Translations under genes and position numbers: made by a program | DNA from: a virus | DNA: 64,000 nt | Strand: one strand, 5' to 3' | Virus record (IMG/VR): IMGVR_UViG_3300046501_000132 | Span: 32,001-96,000 of that record | Notes under the pieces: model-generated | Database searches by the model: none | What the model was told of the DNA's origin: nothing | Seen by the model: the letters and a program-made list of their open reading frames with translations, nothing else | Shown here: in pieces, positions 43,077 to 52,349 of the stretch | Layout: each line of letters starts with the position of its first letter | How positions within the stretch are numbered: the first letter of the stretch is position 1

Positions 43077-43396
43077 TGGATTGTGAAGTTTACTCGGACC
43101 TGAGACCGATGATTATTGCTCTAGATTACGACGACACTTACACCCGCGATCCTGAATTTTGGGATCAAGTGGTGGCCCTTGCCAAGTCGCGCGGCCATAT
43201 GGTTGTATGCGCAACAATGCGTTCTAAAGCTGAAGGCACACAGGTTGTCCGTGATCTGTATAGTAAGGTGGATCAAATCTACTTTACTGACCGTAAGGCG
43301 AAGTGGGACTATGTCACCAAGAAGTTGGGGGTGACTCCGAGTGTTTGGATTGACGACAATCCATATCTTATTCTGATGGATGCGAGGAAAGACTGA
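43073..43396 (+). CDS. Small HAD-fold hydrolase-like protein
   Basis: IALDYDDTYT, WIDDNP. Confidence 0.7.
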   Translation: MMDCEVYSDLRPMIIALDYDDTYTRDPEFWDQVVALAKSRGHMVVCATMRSKAEGTQVVRDLYSKVDQIYFTDRKAKWDYVTKKLGVTPSVWIDDNPYLILMDARKD

Positions 43397-43397
43397 A

Positions 43398-43655
43398 ATG
43401 GAAGAACAAATTGTAGAAGTGGTTATTCCCACCGCTGAGGAATTCTCGCTTGAAGTGGAGAATCGCGTGTGGTCGGATAAGGATGAGGATTCGTACATCT
43501 TCCATACGTCCGCGTATCTGGAAGAACTTGGGCTTGATGCTCAAGAAGGTAAGAAGCTGATTAGTCCGTCTCTGCTTGATAAGATTAAGGTTGAGGCTAT
43601 GAATATGAAGCTGCTGAAAGAGCGGAATACCACTAGTTCAGTTCTGGGTTTCTAA
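43398..43655 (+). CDS. gp33: Late transcription coactivator gp33
   Basis: FSLEVE...ISPSLLDKIKVEAMNMKLLK; upstream of gp32. Confidence 0.8.
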   Translation: MEEQIVEVVIPTAEEFSLEVENRVWSDKDEDSYIFHTSAYLEELGLDAQEGKKLISPSLLDKIKVEAMNMKLLKERNTTSSVLGF

Positions 43656-43803
43656 CACTCCGGTATAATTATGGGTCCGATGTAAAATCGGCGCTCTAAA
43701 TAAAGGTATGCAACGGGAGAAGGTCAGAAGCTCACTAGTTGTTTTGATATCAAGAAAGAATGACGGAAACCTAAATGAAAACATATTTTGAAAGAGTAAT
43801 AAA

Positions 43804-44838
43804 ATGGCAATCGACTTTAACGCACTACGCGCTCGTAAGGGTACCAACTTCCAGTCTCTACAAACAAAGCTAGAAAAGACTGGTCAATCAGGCGGATTCA
43901 AGAAGGATGAACGTCTGTGGAAGCCTACGCGCAATGCAAAGGATAACAAGTCTGTAAACATCATCCGTTTCCTACCTATCGCATACGTTGATGAAGTTGG
44001 CGTGGAAGAAGGTAAGTACAAGGGTGAAGACCTGACCCCTATGGCTAAGATTCTCAAGCATGCCTTCCAAGGTCCCAAGGGATGGTATATCGAGAACAGT
44101 CTACAAACCTTCGGTGAAGATTGTCCTGTTCGTGCCTTCGATGGTCCTCTATGGGGAACTGCGAAGAAGAACAACGACGAAATCCTGAAGAACACTCTCA
44201 AGAAGCGTCTACCGAATACGACTTATTACGCCAACGTTCTGATTATCAAGGATGGTACTAATCCTGAGAACAACGGTAAGGTCATGATCTATGAGTTCGG
44301 TGAGACCGTGCGCAAGCTGCTTGAAAAGTGTAACAAGCCTGAATTTGACACCGATCCGATCTTCGACCCGTTTGATATGTTCGAAGGTGCTGATCTCTTG
44401 CTGAACCTTACTTACACCAAGAAGAAGATTGGTGAGAAGGAATTCGACGTTGCGAACTTTGACAGCGTCCGCTGGGCACCTCCTGCCCCGCTCGCCGGTG
44501 GCGATGAGCAAGAAATGGAACGTATTTGGAAGGCGGAACACTCTATCGCTGACTTCTATGACCGTAAGCACTTCAAGTCTTACGATGATCTGAAGGCCAA
44601 GTATGAAAAGGTTATGGGCCTGACCGACGGTGGTTCTAGCGCGCCTGCTGATACGGGTAAGCCGAAGACCGCTGAGCAAATGCTTAACGAAATGACCGGT
44701 GGTGGTAAGTCTACCGCTGAACCTGCAGAAGCAAAATCTGCGCCGGAACCGTCTGCTGGTAATACGGCAGAACCGGCAAAGCTGGCTGGCGATGACGACA
44801 GCATGGCTGAATTTGAAGCGTTGCTGAAGGGTATGTAA
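43804..44838 (+). CDS. gp32: Single-stranded DNA-binding protein gp32
   Basis: DERLWKP, IRFLP, WYIENSLQT, FKSYDDLK, acidic tail. Confidence 0.95.
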   Translation: MAIDFNALRARKGTNFQSLQTKLEKTGQSGGFKKDERLWKPTRNAKDNKSVNIIRFLPIAYVDEVGVEEGKYKGEDLTPMAKILKHAFQGPKGWYIENSLQTFGEDCPVRAFDGPLWGTAKKNNDEILKNTLKKRLPNTTYYANVLIIKDGTNPENNGKVMIYEFGETVRKLLEKCNKPEFDTDPIFDPFDMFEGADLLLNLTYTKKKIGEKEFDVANFDSVRWAPPAPLAGGDEQEMERIWKAEHSIADFYDRKHFKSYDDLKAKYEKVMGLTDGGSSAPADTGKPKTAEQMLNEMTGGGKSTAEPAEAKSAPEPSAGNTAEPAKLAGDDDSMAEFEALLKGM

Positions 44839-44841
44839 TCA

Positions 44842-44873
44842 GAAAGGGTCGCCTGAAAGGGTGGCCCTTTTTT
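44842..44873 (+). terminator. Intrinsic terminator after gp32
   Basis: AAGGGTCGCC...GGTGGCCCTT + T tract. Confidence 0.75.
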
Positions 44874-44914
44874 ACGTTTCCATAGTATAATAAAGACATC
44901 GTTATGGAGAATAT

Positions 44915-45523
44915 ATGTTTACCCTTGCAGTGGATGTTGATTTGACGGTTGTCGATACGCTGACTCCGTGGATGGAATGGTTTAAGCAATATACAGATGA
45001 GCCTGTGAAGAATGAGGACAAGGCTTATAATCTTGATCCGGAAATGCGTGTGATTCTGGCTCGTGCCGGTCGTTCCGATGTTGATCCAGTTGCATATTGG
45101 AAGAAGCCTGACCTATATGATAATCTGGATCCGATTCCAGGAGCGGTGGAGAATCTCAAGTATATCAGCGATAACTACAACGTAGCTGTAGTATTCGCCA
45201 GTACCTGCTTCCCGGAACATACCGCTTCCAAAGAACGCTTGATCAAGCGTTGCTTTCCTTTCGCAGATGGGTTTATCGCCACCCACGATAAGCATTTTAT
45301 CGGTTACGATGCTCTGATCGACGATAAGTTGCATCATATGCAGATGGGTCGTTTTTTCCGACCGAAAGCTCAGCATATTATCTTCACTGGAGTCCGCGCA
45401 GATGGGACGGACATCGACAGGTTGCCTTTGACCAAGATGAAAGATTGGAACAAGTTGGAACGAATTCTGGATCATACACGTCCCGCCAGCCGCTTTACTC
45501 CTGCCTTCGCATACGCTACTTGA
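44915..45523 (+). CDS. 5'(3')-deoxyribonucleotidase (HAD)
   Basis: AVDVDLT, LDPIPGA, LIDD. Confidence 0.8.
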   Translation: MFTLAVDVDLTVVDTLTPWMEWFKQYTDEPVKNEDKAYNLDPEMRVILARAGRSDVDPVAYWKKPDLYDNLDPIPGAVENLKYISDNYNVAVVFASTCFPEHTASKERLIKRCFPFADGFIATHDKHFIGYDALIDDKLHHMQMGRFFRPKAQHIIFTGVRADGTDIDRLPLTKMKDWNKLERILDHTRPASRFTPAFAYAT

Positions 45524-45574
45524 TATGAATGCTGTTAGGCTAAATTTAGTTTTCTAGCCTACAAGGGATTATAA

Positions 45575-46642
45575 ATGAAGAACCGAGCAAAAGACGTATT
45601 GTATTGTGGTGTGGATATGCACCGAATCCTCAACGCGAAGCCGACTCTGAACACTGAAGTCTTGGCGAGTCTGTATGAGTTCGTCAAGGATCGATATGAA
45701 ATTCACAAGAAGAAGGATGTGGAGAAGCTGCCAGCTCCATGGACGACCAATCCTATCTTCCTTCAGGTGAAGTTCACGAACGTCCGCCGCGAGCATGATC
45801 GTGAGTCGCGTAACGTGATTGAGAACATTTGTTCCAAGACTGGGTATAGTCTGAAGGATCGATTCTTCAATATCATCCTGATGCGCTTCTGGAACAAATT
45901 TGAATCATATCGCCTAGCCACTGGCGGTCAGATGCTAAAGTTCCCGTTGAGCGATGAGGACTTCGCTGCTTGTAATAAGCGCATCGAAGACAATCCTGAC
46001 CATACCTGGTGGAGCGGCGCGTACTATACCTGCCCGGTGCGCAGCTGGATGGAACGGATTCATTTCAAGAAGGAAGTCCCGACTGACGAACTGAACTTCA
46101 GCCAGTCGCCAATCTATTTTGCTAAGTATGCGCTTACCGACGAACTGTGGGCGGATATGGAAGCCGCGAAGTCTCCACTAGAGTTGTTCGAGCGTCTGAC
46201 GTCGATTCCTTGGATGGGCAAGTTCCTGGTTTATCAGTGGTTCGTGGACTTCACATACTGCGAGGATTACTGGTTCAGCGAGAATGAGTTCACAATCTCC
46301 GGTCCTGGATGTACGAAGGGTATCAACCTGTTGTTCGAGGATCGGGATGGAATGACGCACGAGGAATGTCTATTCTGGATGCGAAATAACCAGATGGATA
46401 TGTTCGGTCGATTCGGTTACAATCCGAATGAGCTGTTCAACGATCTTCCGGATCACGATCGTTTCATCAATATCATGTCTTTCGAGAACTTGATGTGTGA
46501 ACTTCAGAAGTATATGAAGGGCGTTGAGGCCGTCAAGACTGGAAAGAAGCCGCGCGGAAAAAGCTCTTATGATGGAAGTGGGGCAAAGGTCGCTAAGAAA
46601 GCGAAGAAGGTTGAACCAGTTGTGAACCTGTTTGATATCTAA
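45575..46642 (+). CDS. aGPT-PPlase/amino acid:DNA transferase-like (thymine hypermodification) protein
   Basis: PWTTNPIF, KFTNVRREHDRES, GPGCTKG, ENLMCELQKY. Confidence 0.75.
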   Translation: MKNRAKDVLYCGVDMHRILNAKPTLNTEVLASLYEFVKDRYEIHKKKDVEKLPAPWTTNPIFLQVKFTNVRREHDRESRNVIENICSKTGYSLKDRFFNIILMRFWNKFESYRLATGGQMLKFPLSDEDFAACNKRIEDNPDHTWWSGAYYTCPVRSWMERIHFKKEVPTDELNFSQSPIYFAKYALTDELWADMEAAKSPLELFERLTSIPWMGKFLVYQWFVDFTYCEDYWFSENEFTISGPGCTKGINLLFEDRDGMTHEECLFWMRNNQMDMFGRFGYNPNELFNDLPDHDRFINIMSFENLMCELQKYMKGVEAVKTGKKPRGKSSYDGSGAKVAKKAKKVEPVVNLFDI

Positions 46643-46643
46643 T

Positions 46644-46814
46644 ATGAAAAAACTTCTGCTTGCTTTTGTAATGATCGCCGCTATGGGATCAATTAGTGGT
46701 TGCGTTGTAGCCCCGGCTCCTGCGTACCGTCCTGCCTACGTGACACAACCTTATTACTATCCGCACCAACGACCACCGGTGTACTACCATCACCGTCACC
46801 ACTATCGTTGGTAA
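46644..46814 (+). CDS. Small lipoprotein
   Basis: MKKLL...ISGC lipobox; Pro/Tyr/His-rich tail. Confidence 0.7.
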   Translation: MKKLLLAFVMIAAMGSISGCVVAPAPAYRPAYVTQPYYYPHQRPPVYYHHRHHYRW

Positions 46815-46836
46815 TCATTAACTAGGAATTGATTAA

Positions 46837-47436
46837 TTGAGTAAATCGCCATTTCAAGATCACTTTGCAGTGATCGATCTAGAAACCCTGGCAGCAGGAA
46901 GTGACGCCCCCATTCTGTCTCTAGGGTTGACAGTTGGTCGTTACGACGACACGGATCAGTCGTTCGACACGCTTATCGCGGGTGGACTATACCTGAAGTT
47001 CAATCTGAAGGAACAACTGGAGAAAGGTCGCAAACCTTCTGAGCGGGTAGTTAACTGGTGGTATCAGCAAGACGCCACGGCAAAGAAAGTTCTGGGTCCG
47101 GACCCGGCTAATGAAGTCTCGCTGTATGACATCAAAAGTCATCTGCTGAACTTCTTCCAATCTAAAGGATTGGATATCAAGCAGATCGATCTATATGACC
47201 GTAACTGCTTCGATATTTCCAAACTTCAGTATCTGGTTGAAGAGGAACTGAAGGAAGATGTGTTTTGGAATTATCATCAAACCTTCGACATCCCCACTGC
47301 TTTCCGATTCCTGGGTTTTGATCGTTACGGGGGTGTGCGTGTCTCGGACATCACTGGCGCGGTATACCACAATGCTCTTCACGACGCAGCCGTTGATCAA
47401 CTGCGTATCTATAAATGTCTACATTCTGAAGTATAA
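46837..47436 (+). CDS. DEDDh 3'-5' exonuclease (DexA-like)
   Basis: IDLETL, FDI, HNALHDA. Confidence 0.85.
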   Translation: MSKSPFQDHFAVIDLETLAAGSDAPILSLGLTVGRYDDTDQSFDTLIAGGLYLKFNLKEQLEKGRKPSERVVNWWYQQDATAKKVLGPDPANEVSLYDIKSHLLNFFQSKGLDIKQIDLYDRNCFDISKLQYLVEEELKEDVFWNYHQTFDIPTAFRFLGFDRYGGVRVSDITGAVYHNALHDAAVDQLRIYKCLHSEV

Positions 47437-47721
47437 ATGAATAGGAAACATCTTGGATCAATCAATCGTCTTGCCAATATGCATCGGGATCGCCTTCCTG
47501 GTAATGGTGCTAGGAGCGTATATCCAACTGCGGATTCTGGAGAAACACAAAGACAAATATTGGAGAGACGTGCAAAAGCATGTATGGGCGATGAAGAATA
47601 TGAGAGGCGGCAAACTGCGGCGAAGGAAGTGAAGCACTGCATCATGCCGCTACCTAAGTCAAATTACATCGTCGTGACAGACGCTAGTATGATTAAGCAG
47701 ATGGGAAAGAAAGTGGTGTGA
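47437..47721 (+). CDS. Hypothetical protein
   Basis: Abuts the exonuclease; basic 94 aa. Confidence 0.65.
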   Translation: MNRKHLGSINRLANMHRDRLPGNGARSVYPTADSGETQRQILERRAKACMGDEEYERRQTAAKEVKHCIMPLPKSNYIVVTDASMIKQMGKKVV

Positions 47722-47789
47722 CCCGTTCTCCGGTCTAAATTAATATAGGGAGTAAGAAAAGCCCTAGACAATTTAACCGGAGAATTGTA

Positions 47790-48413
47790 ATGAAGTACAC
47801 CAAAGAAGTTAAACCAGCAAGAGCGTCGGTGCCGGTGGTGTTGGCATCCCCAGACGTCAAATCATATTCTCCGATTGGGTATGAATCCCCATCGGTCCCG
47901 CCTGTCGTAATGTATATCTACGATGAGATTGGACCCGAAGTTGATTATGTAGATTTCGTGCACTCCCTGCGTTATGCTCCGGCCGGCCAGGATATCACCA
48001 TCCACATCAACTCCCCAGGCGGTAATCTAAATTCTTGCCTCTCCATTATCAATGCGATCGCAGCCTCTGAGGCTAACATCACAACGGTTGTGGATGGCGA
48101 AGCGGCCAGCGCAGCGGCTATGATTTGGCTAGCAGGTCATGCGAAACTGATCGCCTCTAGACATACGTTGGTTATGCTCCACGGGGCAAGCGTAGGCTAC
48201 AACCCTTCTAAAACTTCGGACATCGTGAATAGCACTAGCGCCACAAACAAGATTGTTGAGGCTTTACTAGATGAACTAACCGTTGATGTCCTGACGGAAC
48301 AAGAACGCGGAGACATCCGCAAGGGCGTGGACATCTACCTCACCGGTGGAGAACTAATCGACCGACTGTCTCTTGGCGAACAAGAGGAATATCCACAAGT
48401 TGACAATACTTAA
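47790..48413 (+). CDS. ClpP-like protease
   Basis: IHINSPGG, AASAA, MLH. Confidence 0.85.
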   Translation: MKYTKEVKPARASVPVVLASPDVKSYSPIGYESPSVPPVVMYIYDEIGPEVDYVDFVHSLRYAPAGQDITIHINSPGGNLNSCLSIINAIAASEANITTVVDGEAASAAAMIWLAGHAKLIASRHTLVMLHGASVGYNPSKTSDIVNSTSATNKIVEALLDELTVDVLTEQERGDIRKGVDIYLTGGELIDRLSLGEQEEYPQVDNT

Positions 48414-48894
48414 AGCAAAGTTTGCTTTCGCGCACGCGAAAGCAGCACGTAACTACGCAGATGAACTATCATATTGCGTACGCCGAAAGGTAGGCGCTGT
48501 TATTGTAAAAGATGACAGCATCATTTCTTTCGGCTACAACGGTATGCCATCAGGCGAACCGAACGTTTGTGAATTGGCAGACGGTTCAACAAATCCTAGA
48601 GTCAGACATGCAGAGATTAATGCTTTGCGTAAACTGATCCGGTCTAGTGAATCATCAATTGGTTCCATAATGTTTGTTACAGATTCCCCATGTCCCAACT
48701 GTGCTATTGAGATTGCGGAATCCGGAGTTGCGGCAGTTGTTTTTGAGCGCGAATACAGCGATGTTTCAGGTATCATACACCTATTGAACAAAGAAGTCAA
48801 AGTATATCGTGTTGATACGGAAGAACGGATTATTTGTAGGGTGATGGGCCACAACCTCACCGGCTCATATGAAGTCGATAGTATCATGTGTTAA
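48373..48894 (+). CDS. dCMP deaminase (start uncertain)
   Basis: KVGAVIV, GYNG, HAEINAL, PCPNC. Confidence 0.92.
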   Translation: MANKRNIHKLTILKAKFAFAHAKAARNYADELSYCVRRKVGAVIVKDDSIISFGYNGMPSGEPNVCELADGSTNPRVRHAEINALRKLIRSSESSIGSIMFVTDSPCPNCAIEIAESGVAAVVFEREYSDVSGIIHLLNKEVKVYRVDTEERIICRVMGHNLTGSYEVDSIMC

Positions 48895-48932
48895 TTAAGG
48901 TCGAATTTGACCTCCCATTTTAAGGATTGGAT

Positions 48933-49721
48933 ATGGGAAAGAAGACTCGTGCCCCGCGTGCTGCTGCTCGTCGGGGAGGCAGGGAAGAATATGATCCACG
49001 CGGTTTGATCCGGGATAAACGAGGCGCGTTGCTAACGCCTGAAGAAATCCAGGATGCTCACAGACCGCAACCACGCACCCGGAATTTCCATTTGGAACCG
49101 AAGAATGATCGCCAAGATGCTATGATCAATGCGATTAACAACAGCGAAATCGTTGTTGCTGAGGCTCCTGCCGGTTGTGGTAAGACTTATATCTCAGGCG
49201 GTATGGCCGCCAAATTCCTGGCCGAAGGGCTTGTTGATAGAATCATCCTAACGCGTGCAAACGTCCATGTAGGTAAAACTCTTGGTATGTTGCCCGGCTC
49301 CGTCACCGATAAGATGGAACCTCTGCTAGCTCCAATCCTGGCAGTCCTACGTGAACGGATGGGTGATGGCGCATATGCTTACAATCTAGCTAAAGGCAAG
49401 ATTGTGATGCAGCCGCTGGAGTATATTCGGGGTAACTCGTTCAAGGATAGCTTCATTATTATTGATGAAGCCCAGAACTTGACGGTTGATGAAGTACAAG
49501 CATTGATTACACGTTATGAATCAGGGCGTATTCTGTTCCTTGGTGATAATTTCCAGACCGATATCAAGGGACAGAATGGACTTGATTGGCTTGAGAAGTT
49601 TGCTCAACGACATAACTTGAACTATCCGGTTATCAAGTTTGGTCTAGAGCATATCGTGCGTAGTTCGCTTGTGCGTGAATTTCTCGTCGCACTATACAAA
49701 GAAAAGGGCATGACGACCTAA
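48933..49721 (+). CDS. phoH: PhoH-family ATPase
   Basis: APAGCGKT, LGMLPG, YIRG, IIDEAQN, IVRS. Confidence 0.93.
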   Translation: MGKKTRAPRAAARRGGREEYDPRGLIRDKRGALLTPEEIQDAHRPQPRTRNFHLEPKNDRQDAMINAINNSEIVVAEAPAGCGKTYISGGMAAKFLAEGLVDRIILTRANVHVGKTLGMLPGSVTDKMEPLLAPILAVLRERMGDGAYAYNLAKGKIVMQPLEYIRGNSFKDSFIIIDEAQNLTVDEVQALITRYESGRILFLGDNFQTDIKGQNGLDWLEKFAQRHNLNYPVIKFGLEHIVRSSLVREFLVALYKEKGMTT

Positions 49722-49724
49722 AAG

Positions 49725-49751
49725 AAAATGCCTCCCAAAGGGAGGCATTTG
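49725..49751. terminator. Bidirectional terminator
   Basis: AAATGCCTCCC-AAA-GGGAGGCATTT between convergent genes. Confidence 0.75.
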
Positions 49752-49752
49752 A

Positions 49753-50364
49753 TTATCTAGATTTGCATTTGTCTCCGTGCCACCGATTGAACATACCTGG
49801 TGCGGCAGTCTTACCGCAGTGGGGACATTCAATCCTGACTCTGTTTTTAGCAGCTTCAGACATTTCTTTGCGTCGTTCTTCAGAGAAGGTTTTACCGAAG
49901 TTGGGATTGTTCACTCCCTTTAAACTATCGCTGATCTTCTGTTTGGTGTTTTCGCTTTGGGTAGTTCCTTTGCGATATTCCGACATCTTAGCTTTTGATT
50001 CTTCTGTATGTTTGGGTTTGCGCATTTTCTGTTTAGCTTCCTCTGTATGGCAGTCGATTTTGAAGCGAGCCTTGCCGTGATAACAGCTACGGTTCAAGCA
50101 TAGCGGACTATCGAAATCCTCAGATATTAGTTTTTGTTCAAAATCATATGCGTCATTTCCGGCTTTTGTTCTATCGGGATCAGTAAATTCTGAGATAACA
50201 GCCCAATCGAAATTTTCGAAGCCGAGTTCAATAACGTCTCTAGATGAGGTAAAATATTTGTGACCTAAGTCTTTATGAGCAGGATCAATATTCTTTTTCC
50301 TGAAGCCTATGTAGAATTCTCCGGTATCGCGGTGGATTCCTTTATATACGTATGGGTAGTTCAT
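49753..50364 (-). mobile_element. Free-standing GIY-YIG/NUMOD3 (Seg-like) homing endonuclease
   Basis: YVY...FYIG.R, YFTSS, repeated HTEE.K.KM, NPNFGK, CPHCGK; AT-rich, opposite strand. Confidence 0.85.
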
Positions 50365-50440
50365 TATTATCTCCTTCTAATATATTTAGAAGTTGACTGA
50401 GCTGTATAACAAGAAGTAAGAAACATCTTAGGGGAACATC

Positions 50441-50530
50441 ATGAGCAGCACACAGGCTTTCTTTTATCTTGGATATTGGGTGGTATTGATTGTTGCAGTA
50501 TGGGCTGGAGTTTACTTGTATGAGAAATAA
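50441..50530 (+). CDS. 29-aa putative membrane peptide
   Basis: AGGGG RBS; MSSTQAFFYLGYWVVLIVAVWAGVYLYEK. Confidence 0.45.
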   Translation: MSSTQAFFYLGYWVVLIVAVWAGVYLYEK

Positions 50531-50578
50531 CAAAGACCTTCGACCCTATCATTGATGTGATCTACAAAGTAAAACTGA

Positions 50579-50603
50579 GCCGCCCTTCGGGGCGGCTTTT
50601 TTT
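50579..50603 (+). terminator. Intrinsic terminator
   Basis: GCCGCCC-TTCG-GGGCGGC + T7. Confidence 0.9.
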
Positions 50604-50645
50604 GCGTTTAAATACTAAGTATATGATTACCACTGTGAGGATATT

Positions 50646-50996
50646 ATGAAAGATTTACGCGACAAGAACCTGGACATCATTATCATGCACCGTGGTACTG
50701 ATGCTACGCACGAATTCCACTATACACTAGACAGCGGCTCAACTTTCGTACCGAGCCTATATACTATTCGGTGTGAAGGTCGTCTAGCCTATGCAAATGA
50801 GACCAAAGACTTTGAGTTTCCTGTGACAGAAGTCCTTGATGAAGATGACGTTAGTACGTTAGTGATTACTTTCCCAGCGTCGATTGTAACATCTAACATT
50901 CGAGAACAAAAGATTTACTACAAGGTATTCGCTACCCGTAACGTTGAAGGCGGTGAAACTATTGTTGTGAACTACGGCGAAGTGTGGCTTAAATAA
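50646..50996 (+). CDS. Hypothetical, probably baseplate-associated
   Basis: Late-like TTAAATA upstream; coupled to gp5-N. Confidence 0.6.
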   Translation: MKDLRDKNLDIIIMHRGTDATHEFHYTLDSGSTFVPSLYTIRCEGRLAYANETKDFEFPVTEVLDEDDVSTLVITFPASIVTSNIREQKIYYKVFATRNVEGGETIVVNYGEVWLK

Positions 50997-51955
50997 TGAT
51001 TCCAATGAACAGCGTATTCCTCTACGGTATTGTAGAGGACGTTATGGACCCTGTACAGCTAGGGCGTTTGAGAGTGCGCTGGCTAGGGGTACACACGGAC
51101 GATAAAACAAAGTTACCCACAGATAAGCTACCGTGGAGTAACGTGCTTGGTACAATCTATTCCGCCTTTATTTCCGGCGTGGGTTCGTCTCCGGTTGGAG
51201 TTGTTCCAGGCACTATGGTGTTCGGGATTCCGGCTGATGACGGAAAGCAAGAGTTCATCGTCTTCGGAACGATGGGTGGTAATCGTTCCGTTTACGGCAA
51301 TGGTACTCAAGGTTTCAATGACCCAAGCGGCCTATATCCTCGTGCTGATGTAGCAGGCGATATTAACAAGAAAGCGGGTGGTAATGGGGACACTGGATCA
51401 TCATACAACGTAACGGCTGATGTGATTCAATCTAGTATTCCCGGCGCTAAGGATCCAACTGTGCCCGATAAGGTTGAAGACCCGAAAGCCTATGGTGATG
51501 CTCCTTGGATGCCGGTAGCACAATCTCAGATCGGCATCAACGAGAAAGATAATCCTGATGTTGTGAAGACCTATCATCAGATCGGCGGCGGTCTAATGCG
51601 CGAGCCTACGGTTGCCTGGTGTGCTGCTTTCGTAGGTTGGTGTCTGGATAAGGTAGGAATCAAGGGCACTCGCAGCGCCTCAGCCCGGTCATATTTGAGC
51701 TATGGTAAGTCGGTCGGTAAGACCAACGTGCCATTTGGCGCTATCGCAGTATTTGGCGTGCCTAATTCCGGGTCTGGTCACGTTGCGTTTGTGGCTGAGG
51801 ATAAGGGCGATAAGCTCATTTGCATTGGGGGCAATCAATCTGATAAGTCGCTCCGCTCGGGTGGTATTGTGTCTAGAACAACCATTCCCAAGAACGGATC
51901 TAGCTTAGTCCTGTTGGACTGCGTATTCCCGACTAATTTGTCGGCTAAGGGGTAA
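50996..51955 (+). CDS. gp5 N-terminal OB domain fused to NlpC/P60-CHAP-like peptidase
   Basis: GIVEDVMDPVQLGRLRVRWLGVH...LPW; AWCAAFVGWCL...SARSY...GHVAFV...GGNQ. Confidence 0.88.
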   Translation: MIPMNSVFLYGIVEDVMDPVQLGRLRVRWLGVHTDDKTKLPTDKLPWSNVLGTIYSAFISGVGSSPVGVVPGTMVFGIPADDGKQEFIVFGTMGGNRSVYGNGTQGFNDPSGLYPRADVAGDINKKAGGNGDTGSSYNVTADVIQSSIPGAKDPTVPDKVEDPKAYGDAPWMPVAQSQIGINEKDNPDVVKTYHQIGGGLMREPTVAWCAAFVGWCLDKVGIKGTRSASARSYLSYGKSVGKTNVPFGAIAVFGVPNSGSGHVAFVAEDKGDKLICIGGNQSDKSLRSGGIVSRTTIPKNGSSLVLLDCVFPTNLSAKG

Positions 51956-51959
51956 GTAA

Positions 51960-52349
51960 GTGGCTACTAACTACACATATAGAGATTTTGATCTCAGCTT
52001 CAGCACCCACCCTGTGACGGGTGATCTGGTAATGAAGACTGATATTTCCGCAATCATTCAGTCGGTAAAGAATTTGGTGGTGACCTCGGCGGGAGAAATC
52101 ATCTGGGAACCGACGATGGGTGGTGGGGTTGGACGTCTATTATTCGAACCCAACGACGCGATGATGCGGATGCAGTTGTATGATAAGATCGAAACAACTA
52201 TCAAACGATTTGAACCCAGGGTGGAACTTGTAGCTCTGGATATTCAGCGATTTGAAAATGGGTATGGTATCTATATCAATATTCAATTCTACGCTTTAAA
52301 TTATCCAGACGTTATTTCTGAAACAATTCCTGTAAAGAGGATTCGATAA
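51960..52349 (+). CDS. gp25: Baseplate wedge subunit gp25
   Basis: YRDFDLSF..HPVTGD, SVKNLV, LLFEP, FEPRV. Confidence 0.93.
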   Translation: MATNYTYRDFDLSFSTHPVTGDLVMKTDISAIIQSVKNLVVTSAGEIIWEPTMGGGVGRLLFEPNDAMMRMQLYDKIETTIKRFEPRVELVALDIQRFENGYGIYINIQFYALNYPDVISETIPVKRIR

